Positions 35,956 to 43,898 of a DNA stretch of 64,000 nucleotides are shown here, one piece after another; the stretch's first letter is position 1; each line of letters begins with the position of its first letter. The position numbers and the translations under genes are program-made. The DNA is from Acinetobacter phage vB_AbaSI_3: sequence record PQ382034.1; one strand, written 5' to 3'. The notes beneath the pieces were generated by a model, which saw only the letters and a list, made by a program, of their open reading frames with translations, was not told the DNA's origin and ran no database searches.

Positions 35956-36207
35956 TTAGATTGATTCACGTAAATCGGCCATCCAGGCTCCACCGTCATA
36001 TTCAAGTTCGAATGGCAATGGTGCACTAAAATCCAATTCATTTGTGAAAGTTTTGACAGAAACTTCAACCGTAGTGCCATCAGGCCAAATGAATTTTGCA
36101 ACAGGTACTTTGAAAAGTGACTGTGTTTTTATTTCAGCTTTAAACTGAACTCGTTCACCATTTACCCAATAGTACTTTGTGTGTTTAAGAAGGTTTAAGA
36201 TTGACAT
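35956..36207 (-). CDS. hypothetical protein (84 aa; probable start MSILNLLKHTKYYW)
   Basis: The track ORF 35956..36360 overlaps the upstream membrane-protein gene by 150 nt; the internal ATG at 36207 removes the overlap. Confidence 0.4.
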   Translation of the reverse strand: MSILNLLKHTKYYWVNGERVQFKAEIKTQSLFKVPVAKFIWPDGTTVEVSVKTFTNELDFSAPLPFELEYDGGAWMADLRESI

Positions 36208-36208
36208 G

Positions 36209-36670
36209 TTAGTCCTTAAAGTCAAGTTGTTGACATATTTTTGAATGTTTCGCTTTGAGGTAATTGAATAGCAATGAAGACGATTTATATTCACCAGAAG
36301 AACGCTTACGAAGCATGTTATTGATATATGATGCGCCTTCAGCCACGACAAAGACTCCACCGAGCGCTATAGCAAATATACCAGCAATAGTCATTGCACC
36401 TAAAGGAATTGCTACAATATTTACCCAAATGTTATTTGTGTACCACTCAGGACCTGCAATAACACCTAAATGAGTTAATGGCTCAGACAAAATGAATACT
36501 GATAGGCCAACCAGTCCGCATACAGCAACTATAAACAATGACACTATGCTGAATAATGATAGTTTTATCAAAAGCGTTCTAACATATCCGCAAAGATTGT
36601 CTGGAACACGCCCATTTGAACTAGACCAGCGCAAGAATCGATAATGCCATGATGATTTGTTAATTTCCAT
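36209..36670 (-). CDS. integral membrane protein (153 aa, ~4 TM helices)
   Basis: Hydrophobic segments IKLSLFSIVSLFIVAVCGLVGLSVFIL and VNIVAIPLGAMTIAGIFAIALGGVFVV. Confidence 0.5.
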   Translation of the reverse strand: MEINKSSWHYRFLRWSSSNGRVPDNLCGYVRTLLIKLSLFSIVSLFIVAVCGLVGLSVFILSEPLTHLGVIAGPEWYTNNIWVNIVAIPLGAMTIAGIFAIALGGVFVVAEGASYINNMLRKRSSGEYKSSSLLFNYLKAKHSKICQQLDFKD

Positions 36671-36675
36671 AATAA

Positions 36676-36942
36676 TTACCTCAATTGTGAATCTTTATTA
36701 CCACGACGATTGTAGTAAGATTGATGATTTGTGTCATGTGATGATTGACATGTTACACAAAATTGTACACCTTTAACAAACAAACGGCGCTTTTCTGGAA
36801 TCTCGTCTCCGCAATCGTCGCAAAACTTGTTTGATTCTCGTTTTGCTTGAAGTTCAAGTTCCAATCTAGCCCAGTCAACTGCATCGTCAATTGTTGCTTT
36901 ATTAGTTTCAAAAACCGGATCGTTAGGACCCCAGCCGTTCAT
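36676..36942 (-). CDS. DksA/TraR-family C4 zinc-finger protein
   Basis: C-terminal CDDCGDEIPEKRRLFVKGVQFCVTCQ (CxxC-17-CxxC) preceded by an acidic helical region, which is the DksA/TraR architecture. Confidence 0.6.
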   Translation of the reverse strand: MNGWGPNDPVFETNKATIDDAVDWARLELELQAKRESNKFCDDCGDEIPEKRRLFVKGVQFCVTCQSSHDTNHQSYYNRRGNKDSQLR

Positions 36943-37003
36943 TTTAATTTACTCATATTGGTTGATACAGTGCAATTATATACACTGTATCATGTGATGT
37001 AAA

Positions 37004-37282
37004 CTACTTTTTAGCTTTAATTTCAATATTTTTCTCCTTTGCGTATTGTCGCCCGATTACATAGCCAACATGTGTGCAATCTCTTGAGCATTCAGTCTTA
37101 TTCCACCTGTCTTGTATAAACGTGTAAAAACGTTCGGACTCTTGCTTAGAAGGCGTTTTGAATTGAGAGTAAACTATCAATGCTCCTTCAACAAATTTAT
37201 CAAAATCTTTATCTTCTTCAGCGGCAAGACACTGTTGGATGCAGCATCCAACTAGCATAGCAAAGAGTAAAACTGCCTTCAT
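37004..37282 (-). CDS. secreted hypothetical protein (92 aa)
   Basis: Signal peptide MKAVLLFAMLVGCCIQQCLA. Confidence 0.45.
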   Translation of the reverse strand: MKAVLLFAMLVGCCIQQCLAAEEDKDFDKFVEGALIVYSQFKTPSKQESERFYTFIQDRWNKTECSRDCTHVGYVIGRQYAKEKNIEIKAKK

Positions 37283-37578
37283 TGATACTCTCCTCTATGA
37301 GGATTTAGCTGTAGACATGTTTCCATGAATCTACTATCAAAATTATCATTGATCCAGCCTAGTTTTGTTACATTATTGTTATTCACGGTTGACACATAAT
37401 CATCTCTAATTTCTTTAAGGATTGCACGATTTGGACAAACTGACGATTTGTATACACGATACGAAAACGCTAATGAGTCCACTTCATGCTCATACGTTTT
37501 AATTTTTATTGCAGGAATGTAATAAATTCCTGTCCCTAATAAAATTAGAGATGATGTTATTAACACCATCTTTTTCAT
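37279..37578 (-). CDS. secreted or membrane-anchored hypothetical protein (99 aa)
   Basis: N-terminal MKKMVLITSSLILLGTGIYY. Confidence 0.45.
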   Translation of the reverse strand: MKKMVLITSSLILLGTGIYYIPAIKIKTYEHEVDSLAFSYRVYKSSVCPNRAILKEIRDDYVSTVNNNNVTKLGWINDNFDSRFMETCLQLNPHRGEYQ

Positions 37579-38003
37579 TATTCTGTCTCTGGTAAGGCGC
37601 CGCCATTTTCAAATTTGTATGTAACATAATCATTAGATGTGTTCCAAACTCTGAAAAATATAGGGCGTTTGCAATCTAAAAATATATTATCTAGTTGGTC
37701 TTTAGAAGAAATATCAACTAGAGCGGGACCTGCAATTGCACCAAGTGTATTAATTCCACAAGTTCTCATATTGAACATACCATATGGGATAGTAGTTCTA
37801 ATTCCATTTGATCCTATGAATGAGATACCAAATGAATCGGTTTCTTTATCATAGCTAATCTCGGCGAAAGGAGGCAAAAGCGGAGTTCTGGACTGGTCAA
37901 TCCGTGTACCGTATATTGTAAAGATTGATGGTGTCAATTGTTCCCAAGCTGCTGCAAAGGGACTTACTAAAAGTAGGCTTAACAACGCAGCTTTTAGTTT
38001 CAT
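37578..38003 (-). CDS. secreted hypothetical protein (141 aa)
   Basis: Signal peptide MKLKAALLSLLLVSPFAAA. Confidence 0.45.
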   Translation of the reverse strand: MKLKAALLSLLLVSPFAAAWEQLTPSIFTIYGTRIDQSRTPLLPPFAEISYDKETDSFGISFIGSNGIRTTIPYGMFNMRTCGINTLGAIAGPALVDISSKDQLDNIFLDCKRPIFFRVWNTSNDYVTYKFENGGALPETE

Positions 38004-38329
38004 CTATCTAATAGTCCTATTATATATTTTAGCATTAATTGATTTTTGTAATTTTCGCACATGACTTTATCTTCAGCATGTTCACATAATGAATCAAGAG
38101 ATCTAGATTTTCTATTAATTAGTGTACCAATAGATGCTCGACGATCCCGTTCATTTAATCCCATAAAATACATGCCATCGAGTTGCATTGAAACTATGTC
38201 AATACATTCTGCATTAGATGAACATACTAAGCTTGCTGCCTTTGAAGTGCGTCTGTCTTCTACTGAAGCGTTTGTCAAAATAGGTGCAACTAGTGCACCT
38301 GTAATAACAATGAGTTTTAATAACTTCAT
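38000..38329 (-). CDS. secreted hypothetical protein (109 aa)
   Basis: Signal peptide MKLLKLIVITGALVAPILTNA. Confidence 0.45.
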   Translation of the reverse strand: MKLLKLIVITGALVAPILTNASVEDRRTSKAASLVCSSNAECIDIVSMQLDGMYFMGLNERDRRASIGTLINRKSRSLDSLCEHAEDKVMCENYKNQLMLKYIIGLLDR

Positions 38330-38850
38330 TATTCAACCTTTAGAACATTGTTATCCTTAAGATAATTTGCTTTCTTAAGTACATTTCGAGAATATAATGC
38401 TCCTCTTTGATGTTTCCAACCTGCATTATATGATGCTAATGCTCGACTGATATCCCCGTTATGCACTTTTAGCCAAGATTGCATCTCGACTCTAGCCCAG
38501 TGGGCTGAAACATTAGGATTTTGAAGCTCCTTTGTAATTTGAGCTCGACTTTTTTGTATGCCATTTTGGGCCATACGTGATTTTACAGTCGTGACCAAAT
38601 TTTGATATTGGCCAGCTGCATGTTTGCCTGTTCCGCAGTTGATTCCTGCACTAGTCTCTTGCCAAATGATGGCAGCCATAATGTATCCAAAATCAACTCG
38701 TGAACCGTTAAACTTTAGTGGTTGAGAGCGGCCGTATTTATAGGCCTTTTGCATGTTTTTGATTTGATCTTCGCTAAAGTTGTATTTGGCGAAGATCGTG
38801 GGCGATACCATTAACGTGATTGAAAGTAATAATAACTTTAAGTATTTCAT
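38329..38850 (-). CDS. secreted lytic transglycosylase (SLT domain)
   Basis: Signal peptide MKYLKLLLLSITLMVSPTIFA plus the SLT catalytic signature AIIWQETSAG and a YNAG-containing downstream block. Confidence 0.65.
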   Translation of the reverse strand: MKYLKLLLLSITLMVSPTIFAKYNFSEDQIKNMQKAYKYGRSQPLKFNGSRVDFGYIMAAIIWQETSAGINCGTGKHAAGQYQNLVTTVKSRMAQNGIQKSRAQITKELQNPNVSAHWARVEMQSWLKVHNGDISRALASYNAGWKHQRGALYSRNVLKKANYLKDNNVLKVE

Positions 38851-38947
38851 AGGGGTCTCCTGCTGATTTCAGCTTCGTTTCATTTACGCTACGCGCATCC
38901 TTCTAATTAGTTGATAAAAATATTTATACCATGATCAACTTTTGACT

Positions 38948-38956
38948 ATTATAACA
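38948..38956 (-). promoter_or_regulatory. possible early promoter, extended -10 (TGTTATAAT)
   Basis: Reverse complement of attataaca; about 98 nt upstream of the SLT gene. Confidence 0.3.
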
Positions 38957-38967
38957 TACAATACACA

Positions 38968-38990
38968 AAAAGGACATCAAAAATGTCCTT
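38968..38990. terminator. hairpin aaaggacatcaaaaatgtccttt + TATTTTTT (downstream of the GIY-YIG gene)
   Basis: An 8-bp stem followed by a T-run on the plus strand and an A/T run on the minus strand. Confidence 0.45.
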
Positions 38991-39414
38991 TATTTTTTGC
39001 CCTTTTCTTGCCTTCCATCATCCTAGAATACCAAAACTTATAGAACTCCGGGTCCTTGAGTTTCTCTTGAAAGACTTTAGATGCTTTGCGATTTCGTTCT
39101 AAAATAAACTCTTTGGTGTTAGTAGCATTGACATAATCAAATCCGCCATGGCCTCCGAGTTTAATATTGTATGACTTTTTGTTTAATACCAAATCGGCAT
39201 TGACTAACTCCTTTTCATGCTCATACATTTCTTCTTGTGAATCGTGAAATTTAAGAATTTGTTTTTCAAATTTATCTGCACCGTACTTCTTTATGGCATG
39301 TTTAAGAGCCGTACCAGAGCCCATATAGCCATCATTTAAATTAGATGTCTTGTGGGCTCCGATATAAAAATGACCATTAACTTTGTTAGTGATCTTGTAT
39401 GTGTAATAATACAT
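38977..39414 (-). CDS. GIY-YIG homing-endonuclease-like protein (Seg-like, 145 aa)
   Basis: N-terminal YYYTYKITNKVNGHFYIGAH matches the GIY-(10)-YIG motif; a basic C-terminus (KKRAKNKGHF) suggests DNA binding. Confidence 0.65.
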   Translation of the reverse strand: MYYYTYKITNKVNGHFYIGAHKTSNLNDGYMGSGTALKHAIKKYGADKFEKQILKFHDSQEEMYEHEKELVNADLVLNKKSYNIKLGGHGGFDYVNATNTKEFILERNRKASKVFQEKLKDPEFYKFWYSRMMEGKKRAKNKGHF

Positions 39415-39468
39415 CTTTCCACTTTACAAAATACCACGATAGTAATATTTAATAAAGTAGGAATATTG

Positions 39469-39729
39469 TTAGTCACCGTATGTGCCATATTTCAAATACG
39501 CTTCATGATTTGCATCGCCTTGATCTCGAATTGCTATAGACAAGTGTTCAGCAATGTAATCTTCATCTGCCTCGTTTTCTGCTTGACAAGTGATCCAATA
39601 ATCACTAACACATCCGAGCTCGGTGCCAAGTTCTTTAAGCACTTCAATGACTTCATTTGGATCATTGTACTCAATCAAATAATTATAATGATCTGTAGAT
39701 TCAGTTATTAAATGGACGGATACAAACAT
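39469..39729 (-). CDS. hypothetical acidic protein (86 aa)
   Basis: ORF track entry. Confidence 0.4.
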   Translation of the reverse strand: MFVSVHLITESTDHYNYLIEYNDPNEVIEVLKELGTELGCVSDYWITCQAENEADEDYIAEHLSIAIRDQGDANHEAYLKYGTYGD

Positions 39730-39732
39730 ACT

Positions 39733-40206
39733 TTACTCCAATGTGATAGATTTAACAGATAGAACGCGATAATGGCAAATGTCAAAGAAGAACATACCTT
39801 GAAACGAACTAACATTTTTATGTAGGTTCAGGATACCATACTGAACTTTCATGTCACGTGTATTCAGAACTTTTGCGAGATATTGACCATCAGGCAGGTT
39901 TAACGCCTTTCTAGACATAAGAGTCTCACATTCAAACACTTTGTCAATTTGTGGTTCAGGAATTTCCAAATCGATATCAAATGTCATTTTTACAGACTTC
40001 ATGTTCCATCGATAAATGGCTTCATCTGTGTCCGCATTAACAAATGCTGGATCAAACAAATTTTTATCAATAATTTTGATTGGCACTTCTGAATCATCTT
40101 CTAGTATTGCGGTGAATTCAATAAGGCTCTTACCTGATTGTTTGTTATACAATTCAGATATTGTGTATGAATCAGAAGGAGCGAACTCTTGTGTTATTTT
40201 AGCCAT
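39733..40206 (-). CDS. hypothetical protein (probable start MAKITQEF)
   Basis: Track ORF 39733..40263; the internal ATG at 40206 is preferred. Confidence 0.4.
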   Translation of the reverse strand: MAKITQEFAPSDSYTISELYNKQSGKSLIEFTAILEDDSEVPIKIIDKNLFDPAFVNADTDEAIYRWNMKSVKMTFDIDLEIPEPQIDKVFECETLMSRKALNLPDGQYLAKVLNTRDMKVQYGILNLHKNVSSFQGMFFFDICHYRVLSVKSITLE

Positions 40207-40362
40207 AACAATATGCTCCCGAATAAAAATAATAGCGTGCCAAGAATCAATTGTTGCTTGCACAAGTTCAAATCTTTTCCGCGAGTAACAAATACACCGT
40301 GGACAATAAGGATTATTCCAATGTACATACCCAAAATATATGTGAAAGCATCCATTGACATA

Positions 40363-40995
40363 TTACATACCTTTGAGTGCACAGAACTCTACAGCTTCTA
40401 CAAATTCTTTGTCATCTTTAATTGACATATTATTTGCAGCGCATACTGGCAATAATTCTTTGAATCGTGGATCATTACGATACTCAGTACCTTCATAGTT
40501 TTCTACTATTTTAGGGTAAACTGTGTTAAATCGATCTTCCGAATTAAAGTTTGCCTCTTCTTCTGGTGATAACTCTAGGCCTTGTCCGGGTTCGTCAGCG
40601 CGTGGAATTTTATGACGCTGTGCTTCTGGTATAACTGAATAGTTTCTTAAAGAATTAGTTGCACATTCTCTGACATTTGCCTGGTATTCGGATAGAACAG
40701 TCGAGCCATAGTCAGTTGATGTGTCAATATTTGACAGCATACTGTCATAATTCTTACCGCAATAGTAGATAGCTTTAAATCCATTTGTGCCATAACGTTC
40801 AGCTAAGTCGTATTCCCAGTCGAATTCTAAATCGAATCCTTGGATATTGCCATCGACTTTAGACAAGTCAACGTATGCTTTATTTGTTTGAGATGTAGGA
40901 AGTGGCACTGTACCAACATCTGATTCTTTAGATAAACTAGGCTCTGAACATCCTACTAATCCGATAATTGATGCTACAATGAATAACTTTTTCAT
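40363..40995 (-). CDS. lipoprotein (lipobox LVGC)
   Basis: MKKLFIVASIIGLVGCSEPS gives signal peptidase II cleavage before the Cys. Confidence 0.55.
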   Translation of the reverse strand: MKKLFIVASIIGLVGCSEPSLSKESDVGTVPLPTSQTNKAYVDLSKVDGNIQGFDLEFDWEYDLAERYGTNGFKAIYYCGKNYDSMLSNIDTSTDYGSTVLSEYQANVRECATNSLRNYSVIPEAQRHKIPRADEPGQGLELSPEEEANFNSEDRFNTVYPKIVENYEGTEYRNDPRFKELLPVCAANNMSIKDDKEFVEAVEFCALKGM

Positions 40996-41035
40996 GGTTA
41001 TCTCTTTTGTGTATTTGATAGTTTAATTATACCAA

Positions 41036-41044
41036 ACTTGATCT
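41036..41044 (-). promoter_or_regulatory. early promoter, extended -10 (TGGTATAAT)
   Basis: The reverse complement of attatacca lies 41 nt upstream of the lipoprotein start. Confidence 0.4.
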
Positions 41045-41066
41045 ATGGTGTAAATAGTTTTGACAA

Positions 41067-41094
41067 AAAAATAGGACTCAATTGAGTCCTATTT
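41067..41094. terminator. hairpin aaaataggactcaattgagtcctatttt
   Basis: A 10-bp stem flanked by A-run and T-run, i.e. a bidirectional rho-independent terminator shape. Confidence 0.45.
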
Positions 41095-41099
41095 TGCCT

Positions 41100-41340
41100 G
41101 ATGGTAAGTTCATCAGGTCTTACAAGCCCTTAAAGGAACTTAATCTGGCAGGCACTGAACGAATCGAACGCTCGTTAATGGGGTTGGAGCCCACTGTAAT
41201 AACCACTATACGAAATGCCTGTGGCGGAAAGCAGTGTAATCGAAACACAACCGAATTAACAGTCCACTCGCTTAGCAGGCGGTGCCAATCACCCTATTGG
41301 ATTACTTTCCTTAGAATAAACATAATGATGTGACAAGCCA
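41100..41340 (-). ncRNA. candidate structured non-coding RNA region (GC-enriched, multiple local hairpins) adjacent to the tRNA array
   Basis: The region contains hairpin cctgatggtaagttcatcagg and other local stems, has higher GC than its surroundings, and has no convincing ORF (the + ORF 41082..41333 has no SD and odd composition). T4 carries stable RNAs C/D near its tRNA genes. Confidence 0.3.
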
Positions 41341-41688
41341 TTGATTTTGGCGTTGTATATTATTGGTGAGGCGGCGAGAACGTTCTTCATCTTCTTTGCG
41401 ACGTTTTTCTCGCTCAGCCTCTTGTCTTGCAATTCTTTTACGTGTCTCTTCCTCAATTGATCGTTCACTATGGCCACTATATCGTGGAAATCCAGTGCTA
41501 TACGAAGGTGAATCAAACCCCGTTCCATTACGCATTGTCATTTCATTCATGCGTCTTGAGAAATCAACATATTGAGAAACGCTCATATTTCCTCCAAGGA
41601 ATATGGTGGAGTGTGATGGAATTGCACCATCCTAATCCTGCTCTTCAGGCAAGCGCTAATCTATCTCAGCTAACACTCCAAAAGTAAA

Positions 41689-41765
41689 TGGTCTCCGTAA
41701 AATGATTTGAACATTTGACCCTATCGTCCCAAACGATATGCTCTACCAGACTGAGCTATACGGAG
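41689..41765 (-). tRNA. tRNA-Pro (anticodon TGG), CCA encoded
   Basis: Hand-folded: acceptor CTCCGTA/TACGGAG, D arm GCTCAGTCTGGTAGAGC, anticodon loop TTTGGGA, T arm AAATGTTCAAATCATTT, ACCA 3' end. Confidence 0.75.
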
Positions 41766-41766
41766 A

Positions 41767-41861
41767 TGGCGGAAGGTGAGGGGAACGATCCCTCAAGGCG
41801 TGTCACCACGCTCGACTGATTTCAAGTCAGCTGCCGTCGCCAGCCATCGGCTTGACCTTCC
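41767..41861 (-). tRNA. candidate type-II tRNA-Ser (anticodon TGA) with an atypical T-loop
   Basis: Acceptor GGAAGGT/ACCTTCC + G + CCA, anticodon arm GCTGA-CTTGAAA-TCAGT, long variable arm GCGTG-GTGA-CACGC. The T-loop ATCGTTC is non-canonical. Confidence 0.45.
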
Positions 41862-42086
41862 AATATTTTTCAATTCTCACTTAAGGCGGAGGAACACCTA
41901 AATTGTCTTGTGTAGAATGTCCTTTTATACTTTCGAGCATTCTACCACTCAATAAGTAAATCTTGAAGTTTAGTACATTTAACGAGTTGATACTTCAACA
42001 AGCTCATAAACAAGACAATAAAAACATGACGACCTAGGAATTTACGCCATTAGGACACCTAGGTCCATTTACGTCATTTTTGAATT

Positions 42087-42163
42087 TGGCTCCCCGCGGT
42101 GGGTTCGAACCACCGACCTCCAGATTAACAGTCTGTCGCTACTACCAACTGAGCTAGCGGGGA
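42087..42163 (-). tRNA. tRNA-Asn (anticodon GTT), CCA encoded
   Basis: Acceptor TCCCCGC/GCGGGGA + G + CCA, anticodon loop CTGTTAA, T arm GGTGGTTCGAACCCACC. Confidence 0.7.
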
Positions 42164-42170
42164 ATAATGT

Positions 42171-42250
42171 TGGAATCACCCGGAGGAATCGAACCTCTCA
42201 CTTCCTTCCCACTTTTTAAGTATCTGCTTAGAAGGCAGATGTGGGGGCGA
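42171..42250 (-). tRNA. tRNA-like element: Arg-type anticodon hairpin (TCT) plus canonical T arm, but no recognisable D arm (possible pseudo-tRNA)
   Basis: TCTGC-CTTCTAA-GCAGA hairpin and GAGGTTCGATTCCTC T arm with a CGGGTGA 3' acceptor strand. The 5' half does not form a cloverleaf by eye. Confidence 0.3.
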
Positions 42251-42269
42251 GCGACATAAATTCTTAAAG

Positions 42270-42340
42270 TTCTGGCACGAGGAATCGAACCTCGGTGACT
42301 GGAGTACAAAACCAGCATAATACCATTATATGACGCCAGA
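42270..42340 (-). tRNA. tRNA-Thr (anticodon TGT), CCA not encoded; acceptor stem extended by a 10-bp leader/trailer duplex
   Basis: Acceptor TCTGGCG/TGCCAGA, anticodon loop TTTGTAC, T arm CGAGGTTCGATTCCTCG. The flanking gttcttaaagt / actttaagaa extend the acceptor stem to 17 bp. Confidence 0.65.
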
Positions 42341-42656
42341 ACTTTAAGAACTTTTGATAATATTATTTATACAACCATAAAGGCACCGTCATGACCACTC
42401 ATCAAGAACACAGTGAGTTAAAACTTTTTGTGATGAGATTAATAAGGCCTAATCGAAAACATTTGAACTTTGCTAAATAAAAACTTTGATCTTTAAGATT
42501 TTAGCTTTGAACTTTAGCATTGGGATAATGTACAGGATTCGCGCTTGGGAAACCTATATCATCATCAAAGTTCTATAACCTTAGAAGTTAGCCGGATTTA
42601 GGAATACCGGCTCGAACCCTCTACAGTTTTTGATCATGACGATTAAAATTTACCTA

Positions 42657-43223
42657 TCAGTCGATAACGATTGTAGGATTTGTTTCAGTTAAAATTGCAT
42701 CGAATTCAAGATCGAAGAAATCAATTGTAGATTTGAGCTCATCAATTTGTTCTTGAATTTCCATAATTGTAGGTTTTTCTCGTTTTTCCATTAATTGCTT
42801 GAGCTCATCATCGTGTGCAGCTTTAGACAATTTAACTTCGTAATCACGTTCGATGTTAGCAAATGTAGCACGAGCACTAGCTAGCTCTTTCACTAAACGT
42901 GTATACAAAGCTTTAAGTCGAGGTAAAATATGTGTACGATACGTTAATGCATCGTTGATAGACATTTGTTCTTTGCCTACGGTTACCATCGTTTCAAAAT
43001 TTGCTTTATTGACCTTTTTGCGAAGATCAAATTCTGCATCAAGTTTGTCTTTAATTGATTGTATGTTTTTACGAGATTTGTCAACAAATTCAGCAGTTTT
43101 GATTCCAGTGCTAATCTCTACACCATTACGGAATACACCGCAGAATGTCATTTCACGAAGATTTTCGTCGAAAGACACTTTGTTGCGTTTAAGTGTTACT
43201 AATGCACGAGCGATGGTAGTCAT
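42657..43223 (-). CDS. hypothetical protein (188 aa)
   Basis: ORF track entry. Confidence 0.45.
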   Translation of the reverse strand: MTTIARALVTLKRNKVSFDENLREMTFCGVFRNGVEISTGIKTAEFVDKSRKNIQSIKDKLDAEFDLRKKVNKANFETMVTVGKEQMSINDALTYRTHILPRLKALYTRLVKELASARATFANIERDYEVKLSKAAHDDELKQLMEKREKPTIMEIQEQIDELKSTIDFFDLEFDAILTETNPTIVID

Positions 43224-43299
43224 TCAAATTTCCTCTAATCAAAATAATCTTTAATTTATGTAGTTAATTATATAACATAAATCATTAAAAGCCTTTGCT

Positions 43300-43536
43300 T
43301 TACGAATAAGTTTGTGTTGGTTCATAAAATAAACGTTCTTTCAACATTCTGTCGAGCTTTGCAATTGCGGCAGATCGGTTAAGGTACTGTGAACGTTTAT
43401 TTGCACTTTCGGCAATTAAACCAGTTGGTAAATGAGTAACACGTACTGCATTAAAAGGCCGATTGACCCATCGGCGTGCACCACTTGTTCTATACTCATC
43501 AATTCTCAATTCACTAGGTTTGAATGAGTAATCCAT
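43300..43536 (-). CDS. ArfB/RF-H-like peptidyl-tRNA hydrolase-domain protein with the GGQ motif replaced (SGARRW)
   Basis: RTSGARRWVNRPFNAVRVTHLPTGLIAESANKRSQYLNRSAAIAKL parallels E. coli ArfB [20 protein letters not shown]...YRSQELNREAALARL. The DNA was re-read to confirm GGQ is replaced by ARR. Confidence 0.6.
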   Translation of the reverse strand: MDYSFKPSELRIDEYRTSGARRWVNRPFNAVRVTHLPTGLIAESANKRSQYLNRSAAIAKLDRMLKERLFYEPTQTYS

Positions 43537-43549
43537 ATCAATATTCTCA

Positions 43550-43792
43550 TTACTTCAATTTAATTTTGGCTTCAAATACGTAGCGATAATTGTTATCACA
43601 TAATATTTCAGCTCGTTCATATGTTGTGGCCATTCGCAATACTGCTCCAGTATATGAAACGATTGCAAAAACACAATCAGTTGAATCCGGTGATGCGATA
43701 TCACCAACTTTAAAACGAAGTTTTCTATAAGTATATTTATCATCATACTTACATAAGAATTTGGCTAAACTTAACGAGAATGTGAATCTCAT
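43550..43792 (-). CDS. hypothetical protein (80 aa)
   Basis: ORF track entry. Confidence 0.4.
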   Translation of the reverse strand: MRFTFSLSLAKFLCKYDDKYTYRKLRFKVGDIASPDSTDCVFAIVSYTGAVLRMATTYERAEILCDNNYRYVFEAKIKLK

Positions 43793-43898
43793 AACTTTAC
43801 CGTCTTCGTTAAAAATTCCATAGATGCTTCGTTGAGAAGTTTTATCTATGCAGTTTCGACAGATCTAATGTTTCATATTTTTTCCTCATTAAATTAAA

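Noticed and set aside
41082-41333. Plus-strand ORF (83 aa) upstream of the tRNA array
   Set aside because: No ribosome-binding site; Cys/Arg-rich odd composition; it lies in a GC-enriched hairpin-rich block better explained as structured RNA.
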